Below, piece by piece: positions 56,532 to 64,000 of a DNA stretch of 64,000 nt. Origin of the DNA: Candidatus Shapirobacteria bacterium (GTDB lineage: Bacteria > Patescibacteriota > Microgenomatia > UBA12405 > BS750m-G30); the NCBI GenBank assembly GCA_043817235.1, contig JBDRHA010000007.1, positions 9,212 through 73,211 on the forward strand, in the 5' to 3' direction. Position 1 is the stretch's first letter, and each line of letters begins with the position of its first letter. The notes under the pieces are model-generated. The model worked only from the letters and a program-made list of their open reading frames with translations. It was not told the DNA's origin and ran no database searches. Both the position numbers and the translations under genes were made by a program.

Positions 56532-56895
56532 AGCTTTTGTTTAAATATTCTTCAAATATTTTTTGCCGATATTCGTCGTCAAAATATAGCCTCATAATTC
56601 GAGATTCTAGGCTTTGGTGAGAATTCTTCTTTTTTTCGTACAGCAATTTTCCTTCCTTGATTATTTGAAAAAGCAACAGGGGCGAGGTATTTTGAAGATC
56701 AACAATGACCGGATCTAGTTTTTCTACCGGGAAATAGCTGGCCAAAAAATTAATTATTTTTCTTAATGGCGCATTATTTTTATCTAAGATAATTACGGCC
56801 ACGTCTAGGTCGCTGTCTTGCCGCTGTTGTTTGCGTGCACTTGAGCCAAATAAATAGACAGCTAAAATCGGCAAATTTGTCTGCATCTTCTTCAT
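56503..56895 (-). CDS. mntA: MNT-type nucleotidyltransferase antitoxin.
   Basis: LFGSSARKQQRQDSDLDVAV. It overlaps hepT. Confidence 0.7.
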   Translation of the reverse strand: MKKMQTNLPILAVYLFGSSARKQQRQDSDLDVAVIILDKNNAPLRKIINFLASYFPVEKLDPVIVDLQNTSPLLLFQIIKEGKLLYEKKKNSHQSLESRIMRLYFDDEYRQKIFEEYLNKSFEQNTYGHR

Positions 56896-56943
56896 AATCT
56901 AATTCTAGCATAAGAAAAAAGAAAAGTGCTAGAATGGTTTTTA

Positions 56944-58482
56944 ATGTTGACCAAGGTTTTATCTGCCGCGCATTTTGGACTTAAAACTATTCCGATTGAA
57001 GTCGAGGTCAATATTGCTAAAAAAGGTTTTCCCGGATTTAATATTATTGGTCTTCCCAATAAAGCGGTAGAGGAAGCAAAAGAACGGGTAAAAACCGCTT
57101 TAGCCAACTGCGGTTTTGATTTTCCTCAGGCGAAAGTAATTGTTAATCTGGCCCCGGCTGATATTCCCAAAGAAGGATCTTGCTATGACTTGCCGATTGC
57201 TTTGGGAATTTTGGCTTGCATGGGTGAAGTAGTTTTACCTCAGGAGCGATGCTTTTTGTTTGGCGAGCTTTCTTTAGACGCCACCTTGCGTCATACCCGG
57301 GGCGCTTTTTTGCTAGCTGTGGCGGCCAAAGAAAGAGGAGTGAAAAATCTTTTTCTGCCTTGCGATTCAGCCAATGAGGCGGTCGTGGTAAAAGGTATTA
57401 ATGTTTATCCGGTCAAAAGTTTGCAGGATTTGATTTTTCATTTTAAGAAAATGGTTTTAATAAAAAGGCTGAAGTTTTCTTCACCAGAGGTTATTTTAGA
57501 AGAGGCAAAGGCGGAGTTTGATTTAAGTGAAATTATGGGTCAGGAGCAGGCGAAACGCGCTTTAGAAATTGCCGCCGCTGGCGGCCATAATCTCTTTTTG
57601 CAAGGCCCGCCTGGAGCCGGAAAAACTATGCTCGCCCGCGCTTTACCCGGAATATTGCCTGGGCTTAATGAGGAAGAAAGCTTGGAAGTGACTAAAATTT
57701 ACTCGGTAACCGGCAACATCCCTCCGGGCGGCTCTTTAATTACCGCTCGGCCTTTTCGGGTTTCTCATCATACTACTTCCCGGGTGGGTTTAATCGGTGG
57801 CGGCAGCCAGCCCCGGCCCGGAGAAATTTCTTTGGCTCATCATGGGGTTCTTTTTTTGGACGAATTGCCTGAATTTCCCCGATCTGTTCTAGAATCTTTA
57901 CGCCAGCCGCTAGAAGACGGAGTAGTTAACGTTTCCCGAGCGGCCGGAAGTGCCCAATTTCCGGCGCAATTCATGCTCATTGCCGCGGCTAACCCTTGCC
58001 CGTGCGGCTTTTTAGGTGACTTAAAAAAGGTTTGCCGTTGTTCACCGCGCCAGATTAACCGTTATCAAAGTAAGCTTTCCGGCCCCTTAATGGACAGGAT
58101 AGATTTGCATCTTAATGTTCCGGCCGTCAAGGTTGAAAAGCTAATTAGTGATAGAAAAGAGAGCAATAATCTCGAAAAATCTTTGGCGGTCAGAAAAAGG
58201 GTGGCCTCCGCCAGGGGAGTGCAAAATAAGCGCTTTGTTAAGATTAAAGGTCTTTTTGTGAATGCAAATATGAAAAATAAACAGGTTAATGAATTTTGCC
58301 CTTTAAGCTTAGGTGTTCAGCGGCTTTTAAAATCAGCAGTAGCGAATTATCGGTTATCAGCTCGGGCTTATTTTCGGTTGATTAAAATTTCGCGCACGAT
58401 TGCTGATTTGGCTGGAGACAAGGAGATCACGGAGGCCCATCTGGCCGAAAGTTTGCAATATAGGATGAGAATTGAAGTGTGA
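56944..58482 (+). CDS. comM: YifB/ComM-family Mg-chelatase-like AAA+ ATPase.
   Basis: The N-terminal Lon-like domain. GPPGAGKT. The C-terminal domain. Confidence 0.85.
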   Translation: MLTKVLSAAHFGLKTIPIEVEVNIAKKGFPGFNIIGLPNKAVEEAKERVKTALANCGFDFPQAKVIVNLAPADIPKEGSCYDLPIALGILACMGEVVLPQERCFLFGELSLDATLRHTRGAFLLAVAAKERGVKNLFLPCDSANEAVVVKGINVYPVKSLQDLIFHFKKMVLIKRLKFSSPEVILEEAKAEFDLSEIMGQEQAKRALEIAAAGGHNLFLQGPPGAGKTMLARALPGILPGLNEEESLEVTKIYSVTGNIPPGGSLITARPFRVSHHTTSRVGLIGGGSQPRPGEISLAHHGVLFLDELPEFPRSVLESLRQPLEDGVVNVSRAAGSAQFPAQFMLIAAANPCPCGFLGDLKKVCRCSPRQINRYQSKLSGPLMDRIDLHLNVPAVKVEKLISDRKESNNLEKSLAVRKRVASARGVQNKRFVKIKGLFVNANMKNKQVNEFCPLSLGVQRLLKSAVANYRLSARAYFRLIKISRTIADLAGDKEITEAHLAESLQYRMRIEV

Positions 58483-58850
58483 AGCAGTTTAATTATCAAA
58501 AAGGAAAATTAGGCGAAGAGGCGGCTAAAAATTATTTAATTAAAAAGGGATATAAAATTTTAGAGTCTAATTTTTCCACCCGCTTTGGGGAAATTGATCT
58601 TATTGCTCTTAAAAATAAAGTTCTTATTTTTGTGGAGGTAAAAGCCAAAGAAGGTGAAAATTTTGGCCTACCCGAGGAAATGATTAACTCTCACAAGATT
58701 TTCCAAATTAAAAGAATGGCAGAAGTTTATTTACAGCAAAATCAAGATTTGGCAGCCAAATATCCCTTGTGGCGCTTGGACGCGGTTTGCCTGGTTTATA
58801 ATGCCGAAGGCGAAATAGATCGGATAAATCATTATGAAAGCTTGGAATAA
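58479..58850 (+). CDS. yraN: YraN-family (UPF0102) endonuclease.
   Basis: GEEAAKNYLIKKGYKILESNFSTRFGEIDLIAL...VEVKAK. Confidence 0.75.
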   Translation: MKQFNYQKGKLGEEAAKNYLIKKGYKILESNFSTRFGEIDLIALKNKVLIFVEVKAKEGENFGLPEEMINSHKIFQIKRMAEVYLQQNQDLAAKYPLWRLDAVCLVYNAEGEIDRINHYESLE

Positions 58851-59709
58851 GTATCCAATAAAAGCAGTATCATTAAAAGATCAAGAATTTCCTTCATTAT
58901 TAAAGAAAATTCCTAATCCGCCCAAGAAAATATATTATCGCGGAAATTTAAAAAAAGATATTTTTCAAAAATCTTTGTCGGTAGTCGGTTCGCGGCGAAT
59001 GAGCCAGGCTGGTAAATTAGCGGCAGAGCAGATAATTGCACCACTAGCGACAGCCGGTGTGGCTATTGTTTCCGGTTTTATGTATGGAATAGATACTGTT
59101 GCTCATCAGATATGCCTGGAATCAGGCGGGGTGACGATTGCGGTTTTGGGCAATGGCCTGGACATTGTTTATCCGCCGGAAAACGATAGTTTATATTCCC
59201 AGATTCTTAATAATAATGGCGCGGTAATTTCTGAGTACCCGGCTCAAACTAAGCCACGGCTTTGGACTTACCCGGCCCGCAATCGGATTATTGCTGGCCT
59301 TAGCTCTTTGGGGGTATTAGTGATAGAAGCGGGAGAAAACAGCGGTTCTTTGATTACCGTTAAGGAAGCGATTAAGCAAAAAAAGAAAGTATGGGCTGTT
59401 CCTGGGCTAATTACCACGACTGCTTCAGCAGGAACAAATCAGCTTATTCAGTCAGGAAAAGCGAAAATGGTTTTGGGAGCTGAGGATATTTTAGGTGAAA
59501 AGAAAAAAAGTGAATCAAAAGAAGAGAAAAATCTTGATCCTTTGGAAAAAGAGATTTTAGAAAGTCTAAAAAGAGAACCTCTTGATCTTAATCAGCTATC
59601 CAGGCTAATAAATAAGGACGTGGCTTTGCTTAGCCAGATTATTTCTTTGATGTCTTTAAAAGGATTAATTTCTGAAATCGGCGGCCAGTATTATATATCC
59701 AGCTCTTGA
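58834..59709 (+). CDS. dprA: DNA processing protein DprA (Smf).
   Basis: VVGSRRMSQAG...IVSGFMYGIDT...RNRIIAGLS Rossmann-like DprA core. Confidence 0.85.
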   Translation: MKAWNKYPIKAVSLKDQEFPSLLKKIPNPPKKIYYRGNLKKDIFQKSLSVVGSRRMSQAGKLAAEQIIAPLATAGVAIVSGFMYGIDTVAHQICLESGGVTIAVLGNGLDIVYPPENDSLYSQILNNNGAVISEYPAQTKPRLWTYPARNRIIAGLSSLGVLVIEAGENSGSLITVKEAIKQKKKVWAVPGLITTTASAGTNQLIQSGKAKMVLGAEDILGEKKKSESKEEKNLDPLEKEILESLKREPLDLNQLSRLINKDVALLSQIISLMSLKGLISEIGGQYYISSS

Positions 59710-59740
59710 TAATCTTTTTTTGATTATTTAAAATGATTTA

Positions 59741-60022
59741 ATGAAGGCCAAAAAAGTTAGTGACTTTTCTTTTCGAAAGATTATTAAAGAAGAATTGGAA
59801 CCAGTAAAATCGGAATTAAATCTAATTAAAGCTAATACTCGCTTGGCTGATTCCCAAATTGTAAGAGTAACTGGGAAAATAGATTCTTTAGAAACCATGG
59901 TAAGCAAAGATAGCCTTATGCTTAAGGAAATATCCAAAAACATTAAAGTAATAGTCAACTTCTTTGATAAAGAGCACCTTAAATTGCGAAGAAGGATTAA
60001 GCGAGTGGAAGAGCGGGATTAA
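59741..60022 (+). CDS. Small coiled-coil hypothetical protein.
   Basis: A 93-aa ORF. Confidence 0.25.
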   Translation: MKAKKVSDFSFRKIIKEELEPVKSELNLIKANTRLADSQIVRVTGKIDSLETMVSKDSLMLKEISKNIKVIVNFFDKEHLKLRRRIKRVEERD

Positions 60023-60693
60023 ATCGGTTCGGCAAAGACCAATAATCTATGCCAGGTGGTCCCCGGCGGGTAGCAAGTTTGGAGTAAAAGTACTTCCCGA
60101 TCTTCGGAATAATTTAAGTATTCTTTATCTTCCGATCGGGCAATAATTTTATCAAATACCTTATATCTATAGTGCTGGCCGTTAAAAAACAGAACTACAA
60201 GATCCTCTTTTTCCAGCTCATTTAAAAGAAAAAATACCGCGTTATAGCGCACCACATTAAAAGGAGCATTGGTAGAATGAGCAAAAAGATAAATAGTCCG
60301 GTTTTGATCAGGAAAGCCAGAGCCGGCGGCGTGAGCTACTCCCTTTTTTAAAACTTCTAAATAATTTTCTTTATTTACAAAGTCAGTATTAATATAGACC
60401 TTGGAGGAAGCTTTAAGTTTAGGGATAAAAAGATAAAAATCTTCATAATCAGTAGGGGGAGCGAAAGTCTCTTCGTTCATGCTCGGCCCAAACTTATAGT
60501 TAAAGTAAGCCTTTATTAAAGGCGTATAAAGAAAAAAAAGGCCTATTATTCCGGCTAAAAATAAGCTGCTGCCAATGCCAAAAATAAAAGAACACAAGGG
60601 GGTGGGGTTGTAAAAAAGCGTATTTTTTCGCCCGGGTTTTGGCCTGATTGTTTTGGCCGAAAGCCGGGGCTGGAAGAAAGATTTTAGGCTCAT
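60019..60693 (-). CDS. Sortase (transpeptidase).
   Basis: An N-terminal TM anchor. LFAHS (His). LLLQTCYP (TLxTC Cys). A conserved Arg downstream. Confidence 0.7.
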   Translation of the reverse strand: MSLKSFFQPRLSAKTIRPKPGRKNTLFYNPTPLCSFIFGIGSSLFLAGIIGLFFLYTPLIKAYFNYKFGPSMNEETFAPPTDYEDFYLFIPKLKASSKVYINTDFVNKENYLEVLKKGVAHAAGSGFPDQNRTIYLFAHSTNAPFNVVRYNAVFFLLNELEKEDLVVLFFNGQHYRYKVFDKIIARSEDKEYLNYSEDREVLLLQTCYPPGTTWHRLLVFAEPI

Positions 60694-60726
60694 TGCAATT
60701 ATTATAGCAATATTTTTAGGCCGCAC

Positions 60727-60764
60727 ACCCGGTGTGGTTCGGGTCACACCGGGTGTGTGATTCT
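60727..60764. promoter_or_regulatory. Perfect 13-bp-arm palindrome cacacccggtgtg-N8-cacaccgggtgtg in the divergent sortase/uvrB intergenic region. It is a candidate operator (SOS-type?).
   Basis: Direct reading of the sequence. Confidence 0.35.
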
Positions 60765-60840
60765 CTTAAGATTCCTCGACTTCGCTCGGAATGACGGTGA
60801 TATCCTTGCATGTGCAAGATTGATGTTAAAATATCCAGAC

Positions 60841-62823
60841 ATGAAATTTAAAGTCAAAGCCGATTTTCAACCTACCGGCGACCAGCCGCAGGCAATTTCC
60901 CAACTAAGCGAAGGGATAAAAAGGGACTTTCCTCATCAGGTTCTGCTGGGGGTGACGGGCAGCGGCAAGACTTTTTCTATTGCCAAAGTAATAGAAAAAG
61001 TACAAAAGCCTACATTAATTATCTCCCACAACAAAACTTTGGCGGCCCAGCTTTATCAGGAATACAAAGAGTTTTTCCCTCAAAATGCTGTTTCTTATTT
61101 TGTTTCTTATTATGATTACTACCAGCCGGAAGCTTATGTTCCCCAAACCGATACTTATATTGCGAAAGAAGTAAATATTAACGAAGAAATTGATAAATTA
61201 AGATTGCAAGCGACAGCGAATATTTTTTCCCGGAAAGATGTTATCGTGGTAGCTTCGGTTTCCTGTATTTATAACTTGGGCGAGCCGGAACAATATCAAA
61301 AAAGAATCTTAGATCTTAAAGTTGGAAATAAAATAAAAAAAGAAGATTTTCTTTATTCTTTGGTTAGTCTTTACTATACTCGCTCCCGGCTGGAATTTAG
61401 CCGCGGTCTTTTTCGTCTAAGAGGAGAAGCGGTAGAGATTTATCCTTCCTATGCCGACCAAATAGTAAGAATAGTTTGGCAGGAAAATAAAATAATTAAA
61501 ATAGTCTTAAGAGATGTTTTTTCTAATAAAGAAGAAGCTATTGAGCAGTATTTCTTATATCCGGCCAAGCATTTTTTAGCCGACGAAAAAACAATGAAGA
61601 GCGCCTTTGCTCAAATTCGAGAAGATCTGAAAATTAGGCTTGAACAGCTAGAAAAGCAGAGTAAGCTGTTGGAGGCTAACCGTCTTAAACAGCGAGTGAC
61701 TTATGATTTGGAAATGATTAAAGAAGTTGGCTATGTGAACGGCATTGAGAATTATTCCCGTTATTTTGATAAGCGCTTGCCCGGAGACCCGCCTGCCTCT
61801 TTGCTGGAATACTTTAAATATGAATATGGAAATGATTACCTGGTGGTTGTTGATGAATCACATATGACAGTCCCACAGCTAAGAGGAATGTATCGGGGAG
61901 ATCGGGCCAGGAAGCAAACTTTGATTGACTTTGGTTTTCGCCTTCCTTCTTGTTTGGATAACCGGCCCTTGCAATTTCCGGAAATTTTATCTCGTTTGCC
62001 GCAAACCGTCTATGTTTCGGCTACGCCGGATGAATGGGAAATAGAAAAAAGCGACCATCGGGTGGCAGAGCAGCTTATTCGGCCGACGGGCTTAGTGGAC
62101 CCGGAAGTGGAAATTAGATCTACAGATAGCCAGGTTCAGGACCTAATTAAAGAAATTTTAAAAAGAAAAGAAAAAGGAGAGCGAGTTTTAGTAACCACTC
62201 TTACCAAAAAAATGGCCGAAGCCTTAAGCGAGCATTTAGCTAATGTTAAAAATACTAAAAAAAGAATTCGGGTCCACTACTTGCATGCGGATATTGATAC
62301 TTTAAAAAGAAGCGATATTTTGGCTGATTTAAGATCTGGCCGCTATGATGTATTGGTAGGGATTAATTTACTGCGGGAGGGCTTGGATTTGCCGGAAGTG
62401 TCTTTGGTGGTGATTATGGATGCTGACAAACAAGGTTTTTTGCGCTCTCGGGTAAGCTTGATTCAAACAATGGGCAGAGCGGCGCGGCATGCGGCCGGCA
62501 GGGTAATCTTATATGCGGATGAGGAAACAGTGTCTATAAAGAAAGCCTTGGCTGAAGTTGGCCGCCGGAGAAGAGCTCAGCTGGAATATAATAAAAAGCA
62601 TAATATAACGCCGCAAAGCATTATTAAACCAATAAGGGAAAGGCTGGTAGAGAAAAAAGAAGAAGAAAAAATGGATTGGGGAGGCTTAACCCCCGGGGAA
62701 GCAAAGAAGTTAGTAAGAAAACTGGCCAAGGAAATGCGCCAGGAGGCGAAGCTTTTGGATTTTGAAAAAGCGGCCAAATTACGCGATGAGATTGAAAGAA
62801 TAAAAGGACGATTCGATTTGTGA
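60841..62823 (+). CDS. uvrB: Excinuclease ABC subunit B.
   Basis: FQPTGDQPQAI, GVTGSGKT, DESH, and the C-terminal UVR domain. The 84-nt extension in the ORF-track model is repeat-encoded (RFLDFARNDG). Confidence 0.95.
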   Translation: MKFKVKADFQPTGDQPQAISQLSEGIKRDFPHQVLLGVTGSGKTFSIAKVIEKVQKPTLIISHNKTLAAQLYQEYKEFFPQNAVSYFVSYYDYYQPEAYVPQTDTYIAKEVNINEEIDKLRLQATANIFSRKDVIVVASVSCIYNLGEPEQYQKRILDLKVGNKIKKEDFLYSLVSLYYTRSRLEFSRGLFRLRGEAVEIYPSYADQIVRIVWQENKIIKIVLRDVFSNKEEAIEQYFLYPAKHFLADEKTMKSAFAQIREDLKIRLEQLEKQSKLLEANRLKQRVTYDLEMIKEVGYVNGIENYSRYFDKRLPGDPPASLLEYFKYEYGNDYLVVVDESHMTVPQLRGMYRGDRARKQTLIDFGFRLPSCLDNRPLQFPEILSRLPQTVYVSATPDEWEIEKSDHRVAEQLIRPTGLVDPEVEIRSTDSQVQDLIKEILKRKEKGERVLVTTLTKKMAEALSEHLANVKNTKKRIRVHYLHADIDTLKRSDILADLRSGRYDVLVGINLLREGLDLPEVSLVVIMDADKQGFLRSRVSLIQTMGRAARHAAGRVILYADEETVSIKKALAEVGRRRRAQLEYNKKHNITPQSIIKPIRERLVEKKEEEKMDWGGLTPGEAKKLVRKLAKEMRQEAKLLDFEKAAKLRDEIERIKGRFDL

Positions 62824-62840
62824 GCAACTGGTTATTTGGT

Positions 62841-62940
62841 CATTCCGAGCGACCCCGCAGCTGCGGAAGAAGTCGAGGAATCTTTTGGAATTTAGGGAAT
62901 ATTTATGCCAAAGATCCCTCGGCTTCGCTCGGGATGACCT
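62841..62940. repeat. Two copies of the short hairpin repeat gattcctcg..tcgctcggaatgac, one inverted with an embedded ccgcagctgcgg palindrome and one direct. They are related to the copy at 60771-60797.
   Basis: Direct comparison of the three sites. Confidence 0.55.
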
Positions 62941-62960
62941 TAAGTGGGCGCCGTGTTTAC

Positions 62961-62989
62961 TTGACAAAGATTTTAAGTTCTCATATAAT
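62961..62989 (+). promoter_or_regulatory. Consensus sigma70 promoter TTGACA-17-TATAAT upstream of greA.
   Basis: Direct reading of the sequence. Confidence 0.5.
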
Positions 62990-63089
62990 CTAAAGAGCTT
63001 AAGAACGACGATGAATAATTATAGTTATATTTTAGTCTCCAGAATTTTTCTTAAATTCCGAAAAATATAGGACGGGGAAAGAGTAATTT

Positions 63090-63116
63090 TTTATTTACCC
63101 CCGCAGCTGCGGGTTT
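63090..63116 (+). terminator. Intrinsic terminator-like hairpin cccgcagctgcggg followed by TTTTTTATTTT, located in the greA leader.
   Basis: A perfect 7-bp GC-rich stem plus a U-tract, 12 nt before the greA ATG. Confidence 0.45.
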
Positions 63117-63127
63117 TTTATTTTAAA

Positions 63128-63586
63128 ATGAACAACAAAGTATTGACAAAATCTGGTTTTATTAAGGCTCAAGACAAGCTAAAAAAGCTTAATGAGGAAA
63201 GAAAGCGGCTGGTAGCCGAACTTGACGGCGCGCGCGATGATGGCGATTGGTCGGAAAACAGCGCTTTAGAATCTTTAACCAATCAAGTTCAGGTTTTAGA
63301 AAATCAAATTATTGAAACAGAACAGCTGCTGGAAAGTGCCAAAGTGGTAAGCCCGAGCACCAATGGCCAAGGCATTGGCTTAGGTTCAAAAGTGAGGCTT
63401 AGGGCCAATGGCAGTGAAAAAGCGCTGGAAATTGTTTCCGACGGGCAGGCTGATCCCCTAAAGGGGCAAATTTCACCCAGTTCTCCTTTGGCTCAATCTT
63501 TAATTGGCAAAAAGGCAGGGGAACAGGTGGCGGTAAGCACCCCTTCCGGAAAAGTTATTTATAATATTTTATCTATAGGCAATTAG
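63128..63586 (+). CDS. greA: Transcription elongation factor GreA.
   Basis: An N-terminal coiled coil with the DDGDWSENSA acidic tip region. A C-terminal FKBP-like domain. Confidence 0.85.
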   Translation: MNNKVLTKSGFIKAQDKLKKLNEERKRLVAELDGARDDGDWSENSALESLTNQVQVLENQIIETEQLLESAKVVSPSTNGQGIGLGSKVRLRANGSEKALEIVSDGQADPLKGQISPSSPLAQSLIGKKAGEQVAVSTPSGKVIYNILSIGN

Positions 63587-63601
63587 TGTTATCATAAGTT
63601 T

Positions 63602-64000
63602 ATGGCCCAAAAAAGGTTAGCTGAAATCCGTAAAGAAAGAATAAAAAAGCTAAGAGAACTGCGCGATTTTGGAATCAATCCTTATCCTTCTTTTTATCCT
63701 AAAAAATATTCTTGCCTTGAGGCTGGAAAAAGGCTGGGAAAGAGTGCTCAAGCCGCCGGAAGAGTAAAAGCTATTAGAAGGCATGGGCAGATCACTTTTG
63801 CGGATTTAATGGACGAAAGTGGTCAAATTCAGCTCTGGTTTCAGCAAGACTTGCTAAAGAGGAGCTATTCTTTGGTTGATCTTTTAGATGTCGGGGATTT
63901 TTTGGGAGCCAGGGGTCAAGTTGTAAAAACCAAGGCGGGAGAAATAAGCCTGGAAGTGGAGAGCTTTGAAATTTTAGCTAAGACACTTAAGTCCTTGCCG
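63602..64000 (+). CDS. lysS: Lysine--tRNA ligase (class II), N-terminal anticodon-binding OB domain. It is partial and runs off the window.
   Basis: RLAEIRKERIKKLRELRDFGINPYP, followed by AGRV...RRHGQITFADLMDESGQIQLW. Confidence 0.6.
   Translation, partial: MAQKRLAEIRKERIKKLRELRDFGINPYPSFYPKKYSCLEAGKRLGKSAQAAGRVKAIRRHGQITFADLMDESGQIQLWFQQDLLKRSYSLVDLLDVGDFLGARGQVVKTKAGEISLEVESFEILAKTLKSLP

Noticed and set aside
1-64000. CRISPR arrays or rRNA genes
   Set aside because: There are no regularly spaced short direct repeats and no rRNA-like conserved stretches. The repeats present are dispersed, long and structured.

Overview
This 64 kb window looks like AT-rich (~35-40% GC) bacterial chromosome. 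Gene content and architecture resemble a reduced-genome, CPR/Patescibacteria-like Gram-positive-type organism (inference). The conserved backbone is trpS, HAD hydrolases, uvrC, uvrA, a large GT-C-like membrane protein plus a GT2, comM/yifB, yraN, dprA, a sortase, uvrB, greA and a partial lysS. Between about 6.5 kb and 43.5 kb, ending at tRNA-Glu(CTC), lies a mosaic accessory region. It contains, in order:

- A minus-strand operon of an MmeI-like Type IIG RM enzyme, an OLD-family ATPase-Toprim nuclease and a DUF2130 protein.
- An IS-like large serine recombinase flanked by ~58-bp inverted repeats. It sits next to a 210-bp segment bracketed by perfect 17-bp inverted repeats, which is a candidate invertible switch.
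- An 8-gene minus-strand operon headed by a LexA-like S24 repressor. It encodes a Pol-beta/CD-NTase-like nucleotidyltransferase, a SEC-C-motif protein, a multi-Zn-ribbon protein, a DUF3800 protein and unknowns. This is a candidate novel signalling-type defense system.
- A prophage remnant (ParB-methylase, TerS, TerL, XRE).
- An ArsR/thioredoxin/permease/ferredoxin/CcdA redox cluster.
- A Type I RM island with a Shedu/DUF4263-like nuclease gene inserted between hsdS and hsdR, followed by a DUF2779 nuclease and a second large serine recombinase beside the tRNA.

Other notable features:

- A ~150-200 bp dispersed repeat family with hairpin modules that vary by compensatory changes. Three direct copies punctuate the first 3.3 kb (next to a frameshifted methyltransferase and a truncated tryptophanase). 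An inverted copy forms the recombinase ends.
- A 1.6 kb ~60% GC insertion carrying a lipoprotein and a coiled-coil membrane protein.
- Two toxin-antitoxin pairs (RelE-like; HepT/MNT).
- A sortase with an LPEAG substrate.
- Hairpin repeats flanking uvrB.
- A consensus promoter plus terminator leader upstream of greA.

All calls come from reading the sequence and motif knowledge. No database searches were run.
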